Shown: piece by piece, positions 1 to 10,600 of the stretch | How positions within the stretch are numbered: position 1 is the first letter of the stretch | Layout of the letters: each line of letters starts with the position of its first letter | Assembly: GCA_963769025.1 (NCBI GenBank) | Contig: CAVYKI010000010.1 | Location: forward strand, 288,001-352,000 | DNA length: 64,000 nt | Direction of reading: 5' to 3' | Source of the DNA: an uncultured Verrucomicrobiae bacterium | GTDB lineage: Bacteria; Verrucomicrobiota; Verrucomicrobiia; Chthoniobacterales; Chthoniobacteraceae | Made by a program: the position numbers and the translations under genes | The notes under the pieces: generated by a model | What the model was told of the DNA's origin: nothing | Databases searched by the model: none | What the model saw: the letters and a program-made list of their open reading frames with translations, nothing else

Positions 1-2
1 CG

Positions 3-845
3 AAGCCGGCGGACACGCAGGCGTTCAGCAAGGACCAGATCGCCGTGCTGAAAAAGGGCGAGGCCATTTACAAGGAGCTCTGCTTTGCGTGCCATGGATT
101 CGACGGCAAGGGCATGCCGATGCAGGGCCAGCCCGGCGTGACGATGGCGCCGCCGTTCATCGGATCGAAGACGGTCGCCGGGCACCGCGACGGCCCCGTG
201 CTCGCGCTGCTGCACGGCCTCGCTGGCCCGGTGAATGGGAAGACCTACGAGGCGCAGATGGTCTCGATGGCTGGCAACAGCGACGAGTGGATCGCCTCGG
301 TGGCGAGCTACATCCGGAACAGCTTCGGCAACAGCGGCGCATTCGTGACGCCGGAGGAAGTGAAGCGCCTGCGCGCGGCAACGAAGGATCGCACGCAACC
401 GTGGACGCAAAAGGAGCTCCTCGACGTGCTGCCAAAGCCGCTCGGTGATGCGAAGAAGTGGAAGCTCACCGCGAGCGCGAACCCCGGCGGATGCAGCGCC
501 ACTGTCGATGGCGATGCCAAGACGCGCTGGGACACCAAGGCGTCGCAGGCTCCCGGCCAGTGGTTCCAGATCGAGCTTCCCGAGGAAACGGAGATCGCGG
601 GGCTCGTGCTGGACGCGGCAAAATCCGGCAGCGACTTTCCGCGCGGCTACAAGGTCGAGCTGAGCGCCGACGGCCAGAAGTGGGCCAAGCCCGTTGCCCA
701 AGGCAAAGGCAACGGACCGATCACGGACATCCCGTTTGCGCCTGCAAAGGCGAAGTTTATCCGCATCACGCAGACGGGCTCGGTGAACGGGAAATACTGG
801 AGCATCCATGAACTCGCGGTGCTGAAGCCGGGCGGGAAGTTCTAG
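3..845 (+). CDS. Cytochrome c plus F5/8 (discoidin) domain protein, 5'-partial (C-terminus of a PVC-type heme-binding protein)
   Basis: CxxCH motif (CFACH) with distal Met (AQMVSM); C-terminal discoidin-like segment TRWDT...GQWFQIEL...YWSIHEL; frame open to the window edge. Confidence 0.8.
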   Translation, partial: KPADTQAFSKDQIAVLKKGEAIYKELCFACHGFDGKGMPMQGQPGVTMAPPFIGSKTVAGHRDGPVLALLHGLAGPVNGKTYEAQMVSMAGNSDEWIASVASYIRNSFGNSGAFVTPEEVKRLRAATKDRTQPWTQKELLDVLPKPLGDAKKWKLTASANPGGCSATVDGDAKTRWDTKASQAPGQWFQIELPEETEIAGLVLDAAKSGSDFPRGYKVELSADGQKWAKPVAQGKGNGPITDIPFAPAKAKFIRITQTGSVNGKYWSIHELAVLKPGGKF

Positions 846-1017
846 GCGGCACGGCAAGGTGAGGCGGATATTCCTCCGGTGAGCCGGCTGGAACGTAGGC
901 CTCACGTGTAGCGCCCGGCTCTTTGCTGAGGCGAATATTCAAAGTCGTAATGCGCGGTGCTTGCGCTATTTCTTCCGTATCAGGCGGCACTCCCGGCCGC
1001 TCAGAAACCCCACCGCC

Positions 1018-3189
1018 ATGAAACGATTCATTCTTTCCGCCTCCATCGCAGCCTGTGCCGTGCTCGTCTGGACGGCCTCTGCATCCGCCGCGAAGCCCGG
1101 CAAGAAAAGAAAACCGGACCCCACGCCCGCGCCAGCGCCTGCGGCCTCGGCGAGCAAACCAGCGCCACCGGAGGCGAAGCCGATGTCCGAGGAGCTGCCT
1201 TCGCCGTGGCGCACGTGGAGTGATCCGACGGGACGCACAATCGAGGCGGCGTTTGCCTCGCTCTACGGGAATATCGTCACGATCCAGACGAAGGAGGGGC
1301 AGACATATCAGATCAACCTGACGAATCTCGTGCCTGCGGATCGCGCCTTCGCGCACGACTACGCGCAGAAGCTGCGCGCCCGGGCCTTCGCGAACGACTA
1401 CGTGAAGAAGGCGGCTTACCAGATCGACTACCTGATCGGCTCGACGCTCGTGGGCAAGAGGCAGAAGTTCAACGCGGAGGCGACGGACGAACAGTTTGTG
1501 CGGCGCATCTACCTCGACGCAATCGGCCGCATCCCGACCGCCGAGGAGGCGGCGACCTTCCTCGCCGACACGACGCCGACGAAGGAGAAGCGGGCAAAGC
1601 TGATCGACAAGCTGCTCTATTCGCCGGGCTACACGATGCAGATGTACAACTGGATGGGCGACATGCTGCGCGTGAAGGACACGTTCGGGAAGAATGTGCC
1701 TGCGTTCACCTTCCAGGACTGGCTGAAGGACCAACTCCACGCGGACCGCACCTGGGACGGGCTCGTGCGCGCGATGCTCACGGCGGATGGCAAGCTCTGC
1801 GACAATGGCGCGACCGGTTTCCTGCTGTACGACGCGCAGATGCCGCTCGACGGCGTGTCGAACCTGCTCACGACTTTCCTCGGTGCAAACGTCGCGTGCG
1901 CGCAGTGCCACGACCATCCGCTCGCGGCTTGGACGCAGCGCGATTTTTACCAGATGGCGGCGTTCTTCGGCGCGAGTGACGGCCTGGATGAGAAGCTGCT
2001 GAACGCCGGCAAGAAACTCGCGAAGGGCAAAGGCAGCGGCCCGGAATTGCCGAAGGCGGCCGTGCAGCGCATCGCGAGCGCGAATGCGTTCCGCATGACG
2101 GACTCGGACAGGCAGAAGCTCACTTTCCCGAAGGACTACCACTACAGCAACGCGAAGCCCGGGGAGACCGTCACGCCGGCGCTCATCACATGGACCAAGA
2201 CAGACACGGCGAACCCGGCATACCGGGTGAACACGTCGAGCCCGCAGGAGCTCCGCGACGAGTTCGCGAAGTGGATGACGCATCCCAACAACCCGCGCTT
2301 CGCCGCGAACATCGCGAACCGGGTGTGGAAGAAGGTCTTCGGCCTCGCGGTGCAGGAGCCGGTGTCGGACATCGACGACGTGTCGAAGGCGAGCAATCCC
2401 GCGCTCCTCGCGCACCTCGCGACGATCATCAAGGCGGGGCGCTTCGACCTGCGCGAGTTCCAGCGCGTGCTGTTCAATTCGCAGACCTACCAGCGCGCCG
2501 CAAGCGCTTCGCCGGACCTCGAAAAAGGCCCGTATCTTTTCCCCGGCCCCCTCCTCCGCCGCATGAGCGCGGAGCAGGTATGGGACAGCCTGATGGTGCT
2601 GAGCGCCGGCCCCGATGTGGACAATCTGGTGCTGCGCCGCGGCGACGACGAGAAGCTGATGTCGCTGCCCGGCGACGCGGCGACGGCCGAGAATTTCAAA
2701 TACGTGATCGAACGAATGCAGAGCGCCGGCGCGACCATGGGCGGCGGAAAGAAAAAGGGCGGGGCGTCGAAGAATCTCATCGCCGAATACCAAGGCGGGA
2801 AGCCGCAGCAGCGTTTCGGAATGATCCTCGCGCGCGCGAGCGAGCTGCCGCAGCCCGCGCCGGAGACTCACTTCCTGCGCCTTTTCGGCCAGAGCGATCG
2901 CCTCATCGCGGACACGAGCACCACGGACGGCAGCGTGCCGCAGGCGCTCATGCTCATGAATGGCGGCGCGGGCCAGCTCATCAGCGATACCAACTGCGCC
3001 GCAGTCACGAAAGCCGGCAGCGCAGCGACGCCCGACGAGAAGATCGATTCGCTCTACCTCGCATTCCTCGCCCGCAAGCCGACGGCCGAGGAACGCCCCG
3101 TCGCGGCCAAGGCGCTGACGACCGGGCTCGGCATCAGCGACCTCGCCTGGGCGCTGGCGAACACGCGCGAGTTTCTCTTCATCCAATAA
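1018..3189 (+). CDS. DUF1549/DUF1553 (PSD1-type) protein with N-terminal SHD1-like domain
   Basis: Signal peptide; WRTWSDPTGRTIEA; DEQFVRRIYLDAIGRIPT; CAQCHDHP; NPRFAANIANRVW; RRMSAEQVWDS; ends DLAWALANTREFLF. Confidence 0.9.
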   Translation: MKRFILSASIAACAVLVWTASASAAKPGKKRKPDPTPAPAPAASASKPAPPEAKPMSEELPSPWRTWSDPTGRTIEAAFASLYGNIVTIQTKEGQTYQINLTNLVPADRAFAHDYAQKLRARAFANDYVKKAAYQIDYLIGSTLVGKRQKFNAEATDEQFVRRIYLDAIGRIPTAEEAATFLADTTPTKEKRAKLIDKLLYSPGYTMQMYNWMGDMLRVKDTFGKNVPAFTFQDWLKDQLHADRTWDGLVRAMLTADGKLCDNGATGFLLYDAQMPLDGVSNLLTTFLGANVACAQCHDHPLAAWTQRDFYQMAAFFGASDGLDEKLLNAGKKLAKGKGSGPELPKAAVQRIASANAFRMTDSDRQKLTFPKDYHYSNAKPGETVTPALITWTKTDTANPAYRVNTSSPQELRDEFAKWMTHPNNPRFAANIANRVWKKVFGLAVQEPVSDIDDVSKASNPALLAHLATIIKAGRFDLREFQRVLFNSQTYQRAASASPDLEKGPYLFPGPLLRRMSAEQVWDSLMVLSAGPDVDNLVLRRGDDEKLMSLPGDAATAENFKYVIERMQSAGATMGGGKKKGGASKNLIAEYQGGKPQQRFGMILARASELPQPAPETHFLRLFGQSDRLIADTSTTDGSVPQALMLMNGGAGQLISDTNCAAVTKAGSAATPDEKIDSLYLAFLARKPTAEERPVAAKALTTGLGISDLAWALANTREFLFIQ

Positions 3190-3206
3190 TCCAACCAGAC
3201 ATCCCC

Positions 3207-4500
3207 ATGAATTCCGACTCCCTCCGCGATCCCATCGAACGGCGCACCTTCGTCGAGCGCTGCGCGCGCTACGCATTCGGCCTCACCGTGCTGCCGGTCT
3301 TTGCCGGTCGCGCGCTCGGCGCCGACAAGGCGGCCGTCGCAGCATCCATCGCCCGCGGCGCGGGCTTCGGAAAGGCGAAGCACGTCATCTTCCTCGAGCT
3401 GCAGGGCGGGCTCAGCCACATCGATTCGTTCGATCCGAAGACCGGCGACTCGAAGGGGCCCGGCGCGCCGCTCTCGACGAACGCGGGCTTCCAGGTGACC
3501 GAGTATCTGCCCGAGACGGCGAAGATCGCCGACAAGATCACCGTCATCCGCTCGATGACCGCCAAGGTCGGCGTGCATGCGAACGCGCAGTATCTCATGC
3601 GCACCGGCTATGAAAAGCGCGGCACCATCGTGCATCCGATGCTCGGCGCGTGGGCGCAGCATTACCTCGGCCCGAGCCACAAGACGCTGCCCTCGACCGT
3701 GTGCGTGAACCGTCCGGCGAACCACGGCAACGGATACTTCCCCGCGTCCTTTTCCCCGCTGCCGATCCTCGATCCGGACCAGGGACTCGCGAACTCCGCA
3801 TCGCTCGTCTCCGCCGACGTGCAGACCAAGCGCCTCGGCTTGCTCGAGCAGCTCGACGCGACGTTCGGCAAGAAGATGGCCGACGAGAATGTGAAGGCGT
3901 ATGGCGATTTCTACGACACGACGATGCAGCTCATGAAGAGCAGCGACCTGAAGGCATTCGACATCGGCTCGGAGCCGGCGGCGATGCGCGACAAATACGG
4001 GCGCACCAAGTTCGGCCAGGGCTGCCTGCTGGCGCGGCGGCTCGTGGAAAATGGCGTGCGCTTCGTCGAGGTCTCGAGCGGCGGCTGGGACATGCACAAG
4101 CAGCTCGCCGACAGCATGGAGGATCGCGGCGGGGAATTTGACCGCACATTCGCCGCGCTCGTCGAGCGACCTCGACGCGCGCGGGCTGCTCGACTCGACG
4201 CTCGTCGCCGTGACGACGGAATTTGGCCGCAAGCCGAGCTTCGACGGCAGCGGGCGCGGGCATCATCCGCTTTCCTTCAGCACCGTCCTCGCCGGCGGAG
4301 GCGCAAAGCGCGGCTACGTCCACGGCGCGAGCGACGCGAAGGGCTACGAACCGGAGGACAAGGCGATGACCGTCGGCAGCTTCCACGCGACCATCGCGTG
4401 CGCCGCGGGCCTGCCGATCGAGACCGAAGCGATCACGCCGAGCGGCCGTCCGATGAGCGTGGGCAACCACGGCAAGCCGGCGCTGGGAGTGTTCGCGTAG
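3207..4500 (+). CDS. DUF1501 family protein, frameshift near 4167
   Basis: Tat-like ERRTF; AKHVIFLELQGGLSHIDSFDPK; FGQGCLLARRLVE; GGWDMH; continues in another frame as DLDARGLLDSTLV...TEFGRKP; follows the DUF1553 gene as usual. Confidence 0.88.
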
Positions 4501-4555
4501 CGCCCGGAAGCAACGGACGACGCAATCGGCGGCGAGGGTGGCGCTGTTCGCGACG

Positions 4556-4951
4556 CTACCAGTCGCGGGAGCGGAGCTTTTTGACTGCCCCGCGCTTTTT
4601 CTTCGAGTCGAGCATGCGCTGCTTCACTCCCCACGGACGCTTCGCATTCTGCCGCCGCTTTTTCTCCCGCTCGTGCTTGCGTGCGGCGCGGGCCTGCTCC
4701 TCGGCGGAGGCGAAGGCGTCGAGCAAGCGTTCCCATGCGACGAGGCGGTTCGTCGCCTGCGAGCGCGTGTCCTGCACGCTCACGGCGCGTCCCGTCGGCT
4801 TGTGGTTCAAGGTCACCTGCGTCGAGACCTTGTTCACGTTCTGCCCGCCGGGGCCGCTGCTGCGGCTGAAGGTCTCCTCGAAATCGTCCGCCCGCAGCCC
4901 GAGCACGCGCAAGCGTTCGGCTTTCCAAGTCTGGAATTCGGCGGGCGTCAT
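4556..4951 (-). CDS. Peptidyl-tRNA hydrolase / alternative ribosome rescue factor (ArfB/RF-1 domain family)
   Basis: SRSSGPGGQNVNKV GGQ motif, QDTRSQ, long basic C-terminal tail, only 131 aa. Confidence 0.85.
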   Translation of the reverse strand: MTPAEFQTWKAERLRVLGLRADDFEETFSRSSGPGGQNVNKVSTQVTLNHKPTGRAVSVQDTRSQATNRLVAWERLLDAFASAEEQARAARKHEREKKRRQNAKRPWGVKQRMLDSKKKRGAVKKLRSRDW

Positions 4952-4960
4952 CGTCGGACG

Positions 4961-6319
4961 CTACCACTTCGCGAGCTGCGTGGGAAAGAGGCACCGCTCG
5001 CAATCCGTCGCGTCGCGCTGGCAGAAGTCCTCGTAGATTTGCAGCAGTCCCTGCTGGATGGCTGCGGAGCGGAGGAATTTTGCGTCCGGCGGCGCACCGC
5101 CGAAAAGGCGGATCGCAGCCGTCTCCACGCGCCGGTTGCCGAGCGGCGCAGGCAGTCTGCAAAACTCCGCCCATCGCTTCGCATCCGCGGCGATGCCGAT
5201 CGGATAAAAGACGTTCGCCAGCATCTCGGTGACGCGCGATTCGCCGACGAGCGCCATGCGATTCGCCGAGGGCTTTGAGGTCACCGTGTAGTGATGGTCC
5301 CAATATTCGTCGCGCAGTTCGCCGAAGAATTCCGCGATGGCATCCGGCAGGCACGCTTCGCGCAGCGCGCGGATGCGCGGCCAGTGGCGGACGATCTGTG
5401 CGAGGGCGGCAAGCCGGCGCTGGGGATGGTTCATCGGGCGTTGGCCGCTCATTTTCCAAAGTGACCGCGGGAGAATCAGCCGCTCGAATTCCGCGCGGCG
5501 CGGCCACCATCGCTCCCACAGGCCGCGCAGATAAGCGCGCGTCGGTGAGTCGAATTCACCGAGGTCGCGTTGGTCGAGAAAACCGGCAACACCGAACAGC
5601 AGCGCGGCCGCCGAGTCCTTCGCGTTGCGGAGCATGCGGAGCGGCAGGCGCTGCGCGAGGAGGGTGAAAGGAAGCTTGTTGGATTTGTAGCCGAGCGTCG
5701 CGGCGAGCGACTGGAAGAGCGCCTCGTCGTCGCCGTGCAATTCCGCGAGCCGCGCGACGGCGGCGGCCTTCCTGCGCAGGCGGAATTGCGCGGCGCCCAG
5801 CAGCACCTCGCGCACTTTTTCCGCCGGCAACTCACGCAGCGGCGCGACGCACCGGCCGGGCTTGGCCGCAGGCTGCGGGTTCGGCGGTTCCTCGATGGCG
5901 TGGAGATCGATCTGCACCTGCGGCACGGAGCGGTGCTGCGAGGTGCGGGTGAAAAACTCGCGCTTCCCTCGGCTGACGAAGACGTGGAGCACAACGCCGT
6001 CGTAGTCCGTATTCGTCGCGTGGCCGTGGCGTTCCCAGTCGGCGGAGTCCGTGTCCAGTTCGATGCAGCCGCGCTTCGGCGTCCCGCCATCAAATGCCAC
6101 CGCCGCCTCCGCGAAGTCGGGGCCGGCCTCGTGATTCCACACGCCGAACTGCACCACGCGCACGGCGTGTCCATCGGTCGTCGTGAAATCCCTGCCGAAC
6201 GCCCCGGCAAACCACAGCGCCTGCAATTCGTGCTCGGACCACTCCCCGGCGGCTGCACCGGTGCCTTCGCGGACGAAGGCGCATTCGCGCAGGCGGACGT
6301 AGCGATCGGTGGGCGTCAC
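4961..6319 (-). CDS. DUF2851 family protein
   Basis: E.ELQALW, G.WNHEAGPDF, DWERHGH..N.DY..VVLHV, LGYKSNK.PF, RP.NHPQRRL, C-terminal QQGLLQ...C...C..C. Confidence 0.85.
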   Translation of the reverse strand: MTPTDRYVRLRECAFVREGTGAAAGEWSEHELQALWFAGAFGRDFTTTDGHAVRVVQFGVWNHEAGPDFAEAAVAFDGGTPKRGCIELDTDSADWERHGHATNTDYDGVVLHVFVSRGKREFFTRTSQHRSVPQVQIDLHAIEEPPNPQPAAKPGRCVAPLRELPAEKVREVLLGAAQFRLRRKAAAVARLAELHGDDEALFQSLAATLGYKSNKLPFTLLAQRLPLRMLRNAKDSAAALLFGVAGFLDQRDLGEFDSPTRAYLRGLWERWWPRRAEFERLILPRSLWKMSGQRPMNHPQRRLAALAQIVRHWPRIRALREACLPDAIAEFFGELRDEYWDHHYTVTSKPSANRMALVGESRVTEMLANVFYPIGIAADAKRWAEFCRLPAPLGNRRVETAAIRLFGGAPPDAKFLRSAAIQQGLLQIYEDFCQRDATDCERCLFPTQLAKW

Positions 6320-6446
6320 CGGGCGAAGGTAGGCCGAACGCTGCGGCCGGGTTCAATTCCAAAACCGCATTTTCACGCAGTTCCTCTTGTGCAGACGGGT
6401 GCTCTTTTTCCTCGTCCGCAAGGCGGGCTCCGGCGTAGAGGCGGGC

Positions 6447-7097
6447 ATGTCTGCCACCAAACCCGAGGCGCTGCTCGCCCAACTGCAATGGCGCTACGCC
6501 ACAAAGAAGTTCGACCCGGCGAGGAAGATCGCCCCGGACGCGTGGTCGGCACTCGAGCAGGCGCTCCTGCTCACCCCGTCGTCATTCGGGCTGCAGCCGT
6601 GGAAATTCATCGTGATCACCGACCCGGCGGTGAAGCAGAAACTCGTGCCGGTTTCGTGGAACCAGACGCAGCCGGCGGACTGCTCGCACCACGTCGTCTT
6701 TGCAGTGCGCAAGGCGGTCGGCGATCTGGAAGTGGACCGTTTCATCGAGAGCATCGTGACCGTTCGCGGCGGCTCGACGGAATCGCTGAAGGGTTATCGC
6801 GACGTGATGGCGGGCTTTGCTGGCAAGGCCGCAAAGGAGGGCTGGCTGCGCGAATGGGGCGTGAGGCAACTCTATATCGCCCTCGGGAATTTCATGACGA
6901 GCGCCGCGATGCTCGGCGTGGACACGTGCCCGATGGAGGGCATCTCGCCGGCGGACTACGACAAAATCCTCGGGCTCGAAGGGACGGAATTTGAGACGGT
7001 CGTCGCGTGCGCGGCGGGCTATCGCGCGACGGACGACAAGCACGCGGCTGCGCGCAAGGTCCGCTTTCCGGCGAGCGAAATCATCCAGCACATCTGA
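6447..7097 (+). CDS. NAD(P)H-dependent nitroreductase family oxidoreductase
   Basis: WRYATKKFD, LTPSSFGLQPWKF, GVDTCPMEG, KVRFP. Confidence 0.92.
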   Translation: MSATKPEALLAQLQWRYATKKFDPARKIAPDAWSALEQALLLTPSSFGLQPWKFIVITDPAVKQKLVPVSWNQTQPADCSHHVVFAVRKAVGDLEVDRFIESIVTVRGGSTESLKGYRDVMAGFAGKAAKEGWLREWGVRQLYIALGNFMTSAAMLGVDTCPMEGISPADYDKILGLEGTEFETVVACAAGYRATDDKHAAARKVRFPASEIIQHI

Positions 7098-7100
7098 CGC

Positions 7101-7413
7101 ATGAGCACGACCTGGACCGGAACTGAGCAATGCGGAGAAACGGGAACTGAAGGCGAAGGCGCAGTTGCTCGAGCCAGTGGTGAAACTCGGCCACGCGGGG
7201 ATGAGCGAGGCATTTCTGCGCAGCATGGACACCGCGCTCACGCTGCACGGCCTGGTGAAAATGAAGTTCAGCGATTTCAAGGATCAGAAACACGACCTCG
7301 CGCCGCAGATCGCGGAGATGACTTCGAGCACGCTCGTGATGCAGGTGGGCAATGTCGCGGTGTTCTTCCGGCCGAAGCCGCCGGCAGCGGTTCAGGCCGG
7401 GGGCGAGCGGTAG
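7101..7413 (+). CDS. YhbY/CRM family RNA-binding protein (apparent frameshift near the start, about 7110)
   Basis: LSNAEKRELKAKAQLLEPVVKLG.AG, HGLVKMKF, QVGNVAVFFR in the frame of 7165; the only nearby ATG (7101) is out of frame. Confidence 0.8.
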
Positions 7414-7457
7414 CCGAGAGGCTTGGCATTCGTGCGGTGCCCGCCATTATCGCGCGC

Positions 7458-8666
7458 ATGAAGATGATCCCCCTCCTCCTCGCCATGTCCGCCACCTCAC
7501 TCGCAGGAGCGCCGGAGCCGAAATTCACGCCCCAGGATATCGATGTGAAAATCGAAATCGGCTACGGCGTCGCGGTCGCGGACGTGGATGGCGACGGGAA
7601 GCCGGACATCCTGCTCGCGGACAAGAAGCAGTTCGTGTGGTACCGGAATCCCGGCAAGCGCGGCGTGCCTTGGGACAAGTTCATCCTCGCGGAAAACCTC
7701 ACCGAGAAGGACAACGTGTGCATCGCCGCGCGCGACATCGACGGCGACGGGAAATGCGAAATCGCCGTCGGCGCCGAGTGGAATCCCGGCGACACGGTGA
7801 ACAGCGGCGCGGTCTTTTACCTCATCCCGCCCGCCGACCGGACGCAGAAGTGGGAGGCGGTGAAATTTCCCAGCGTGGAGCCCACGACGCATCGCATGAA
7901 GTGGGTGAAGCGCGGAGACGGTCGCTTTGATCTCGTCGTCGTCCCGCTGCATGGCCGCGGCAACAAGAACGGTGAAGGTGCCGGGGTGAAGATGCTGTCT
8001 TACCAGAAACCCTCGGACCCGCGCGGTGAATGGAAGTCGGAAGTCGTCTGCGACGCGATGCACATGACGCACAATTTCGACGTGTTTGAGTTCCCCGAGG
8101 ACAAGGGCCGCGAGCATCTGCTGATCGGCGGGAAGGAAGGCATTTCATTCGTCATGCAGGAGGATGGCCAGTGGAAGTGCCGCCGCGTGGTCGAGCACTC
8201 GGAATACACGCCGCCGCCGCCGGGAGCGGGCGAAGTGCGGATCGGATGGATGCCGCAGGACGGAAAGCCGGTGCCCTTCGGCGTCGCCGTGGAGCCGATG
8301 CACGGCAACATGCTCGCATTTTACAGGCAGGACCCCGCCAAGACCGACAGCAAGACGCCGCCGCGTATGGTGCTCGATCCGACACTCGAGGACGGACACG
8401 CGCTCGCCTGCGGCGACGTGCTCGGCCTCGGGCGCGACCAGGTCGTCGTCGGCTGGCGCGCAATGCAGAAGAAGGGAGCGAAGGTTGGGATCAAGCTCTT
8501 CGCGCCCGACGCCGGCGGCGACAAATGGACGCAGCACCTGATCGATGACAACACGATGGCCTGCGAAGACCTCGTGCTCGCGGACCTCAATGGCGACGGG
8601 AAACTCGACATCGTCGCGGCCGGCCGCGCGACGAAGAACGTGAAGATCTACTGGAACGAGCGGTAG
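7458..8666 (+). CDS. Secreted FG-GAP/VCBS-repeat beta-propeller protein
   Basis: Signal peptide; repeated ADVDGDGKPDI, RDIDGDGKCEI, ADLNGDGKLDI motifs. Confidence 0.85.
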   Translation: MKMIPLLLAMSATSLAGAPEPKFTPQDIDVKIEIGYGVAVADVDGDGKPDILLADKKQFVWYRNPGKRGVPWDKFILAENLTEKDNVCIAARDIDGDGKCEIAVGAEWNPGDTVNSGAVFYLIPPADRTQKWEAVKFPSVEPTTHRMKWVKRGDGRFDLVVVPLHGRGNKNGEGAGVKMLSYQKPSDPRGEWKSEVVCDAMHMTHNFDVFEFPEDKGREHLLIGGKEGISFVMQEDGQWKCRRVVEHSEYTPPPPGAGEVRIGWMPQDGKPVPFGVAVEPMHGNMLAFYRQDPAKTDSKTPPRMVLDPTLEDGHALACGDVLGLGRDQVVVGWRAMQKKGAKVGIKLFAPDAGGDKWTQHLIDDNTMACEDLVLADLNGDGKLDIVAAGRATKNVKIYWNER

Positions 8667-8851
8667 CAAGTGAGGAAGCGGCTTCGCTGCGTTCCATCCA
8701 CGGCCATTGGGCGACAGCCATCCCTCTGGCCCTGCGTTGTGCCGCCGCGTTCGACGCATCGCATCGGCGACTGCAAAACAAGGCGGGTCTGTGATTGTAA
8801 AATCCCGCGAAGACAGGGAGGTTAATCACCAACACTCAACCGGAGAACATT

Positions 8852-8944
8852 ATGGCCAAAGGAAACAACAGTCACAAAAAGGAAACCAAGAAACCGAAGA
8901 AGGAGAAGCCGAAGGCTCCGCTCGCGACACGCAGGGGTTCCTGA
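8852..8944 (+). CDS. Small Lys-rich protein (30 aa, MAKGNNSHKKETKKPKKEKPKAPLATRRGS)
   Basis: GGAG Shine-Dalgarno at 8842-8845, ATG at 8852, TGA at 8942-8944; below the ORF-track length cutoff. Confidence 0.6.
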   Translation: MAKGNNSHKKETKKPKKEKPKAPLATRRGS

Positions 8945-9062
8945 CGGAACGCCTGATGACGGACCGGCGGTTCATCGTGCTCATCAACAACGGCGCGGCT
9001 TCGTCATCACCGGTCCATCTTGCAGTGACCAAAGCGAATCGGGCGGTGTAGGAATTCATCCG

Positions 9063-9293
9063 ATGCCTTCGCCCTCTGCCCATCCGCGTGATCCACTGCA
9101 CGGGATCACGCTGGAGAAAATCGTCACCGAGCTCGTCGCGCGCCATGGCTGGGCCGCGATGGGTGATCGCATCCCGGTCCGCTGTTTCCAGATCAATCCG
9201 AGCGTAAAGTCGGCCCTGACTTTTCTGCGGAAGACCGAATGGGCGCGCAAGCGCGTCGAGGCGTGGTTCATCGAGGAGCAGCCGGGGCAGTAA
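9063..9293 (+). CDS. VF530/DUF2132 family DNA-binding protein
   Basis: DPLHGITLEKIV, GW..MG, CF..NPSVKS.L.FLRKTEWAR.RVE. Confidence 0.9.
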   Translation: MPSPSAHPRDPLHGITLEKIVTELVARHGWAAMGDRIPVRCFQINPSVKSALTFLRKTEWARKRVEAWFIEEQPGQ

Positions 9294-9405
9294 GCTTCGT
9301 GGAGAGGCGTACGGCTGGAACGCACGCCCCGTCGCCCTCGAAATCGCAGCATTCGCGAGGGCGCGCGATTGACCCGCACGCGCGCACGCCCTAGACGGCA
9401 CGGCG

Positions 9406-10600
9406 ATGTCTCTGAACAAAAAATTTCCGCGTCTGCTCCCGACCTCGATCGGCAAAGGCTGGACGGTCACCGATCTCGTGGACGATTCCTTCAAGGCCTA
9501 CAACGGCGGGCGGCTCGCCGAGGCGTGCCGGCTTTTCACGCAGAAGATGGTCGCGGGCAACGGCACCGTGGGCATGTCGCTCACCGGCGCTCTCACGCCC
9601 GCGGGGCTGGGCAAGGCGGCGATCATCCCGCTGATGAAGGCGGGCTTTGTGGACTGGATCATTTCGACGGGCGCGAATCTCTATCACGACATGCACTACG
9701 GGCTCGGGCATGGAGATGTATGCGGGCTCGCCGTTCCTCGATGACGTGACGCTGCGGAAGGAGGGCATCATCCGGATTTACGACGTGCTGTTCGACTACG
9801 ACGTGCTGCTGGATACGGATGCGTTTGTGCGCGAGGTGATCCAGGGCGCGGAGTTTCAGCGGACGATGGCGACGGATGAATTCCACTGGCTGCTCGGAAA
9901 ATACGTCGCGGCGCGGGAGAAGAAACTCGGCATCAAGGAAACGAGCGTGCTGAGCGCGGCGTATCACTACGGCGTGCCGATTTTCACGAGCAGCCCCGGC
10001 GACAGCAGCATCGGCATGAATGTCGCTGCGATGGCGCTGCGCGACTCGAAGCTGCTCATGGACGTGAACCGCGACGTGAACCAGACGGCGGCGATCGTGT
10101 ACGACGCGAAGTCGAGCGGCGAGATGAGCAGCGTGTTCATCCTCGGCGGCGGGTCACCCAAAAATTTCATGCTGCAGACCGAGCCGCAGATCCAGGAGGT
10201 CATGGGCATCGAGGAACGCGGGCACGATTACTTCCTGCAATGCACCGACGCGCGCCCAGACACCGGCGGCCTGAGCGGCGCGACGCCGGCCGAGGCGGTG
10301 AGCTGGGGCAAGATCGATCCGGACAATCTCCCCGACTGCGTGGTGTGCTACGCGGACTCGACGATCACGCTGCCCATCATCACCGCCTACGCGCTCACGA
10401 AGGTGAAGCCCCGCAAGCTCAAGCGGCTCTACGACCGGCGCGACGCGATGCTGGAGAAGGTGCGCGAGATGTATTTCAAGCACGGCCGCGTCGCGAAGAT
10501 CGAGCACCGCACGGACCTAGACAAAAAGAAGAAGCCGAAGAGGGGCGTGAAGGGCCGCAGCGGCCGCAGCGTGACCGGGACGAAGCGCGATGCCAAATAG
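9406..10600 (+). CDS. Deoxyhypusine synthase-like homospermidine synthase (SpeY-like), frameshift near 9710
   Basis: [59 protein letters not shown]; split over ORFs 9406 and 9647. Confidence 0.88.

Noticed and set aside
858..940. Possible degenerate REP pair after the first gene
   Set aside because: Only short GAGCCG/CGGCTC and GAGGCG.ATATTC matches; too weak to call
1018..4500. DUF1553-DUF1501 pair as a novel system
   Set aside because: A common, already described multi-copy module in PVC genomes, although its function is unknown
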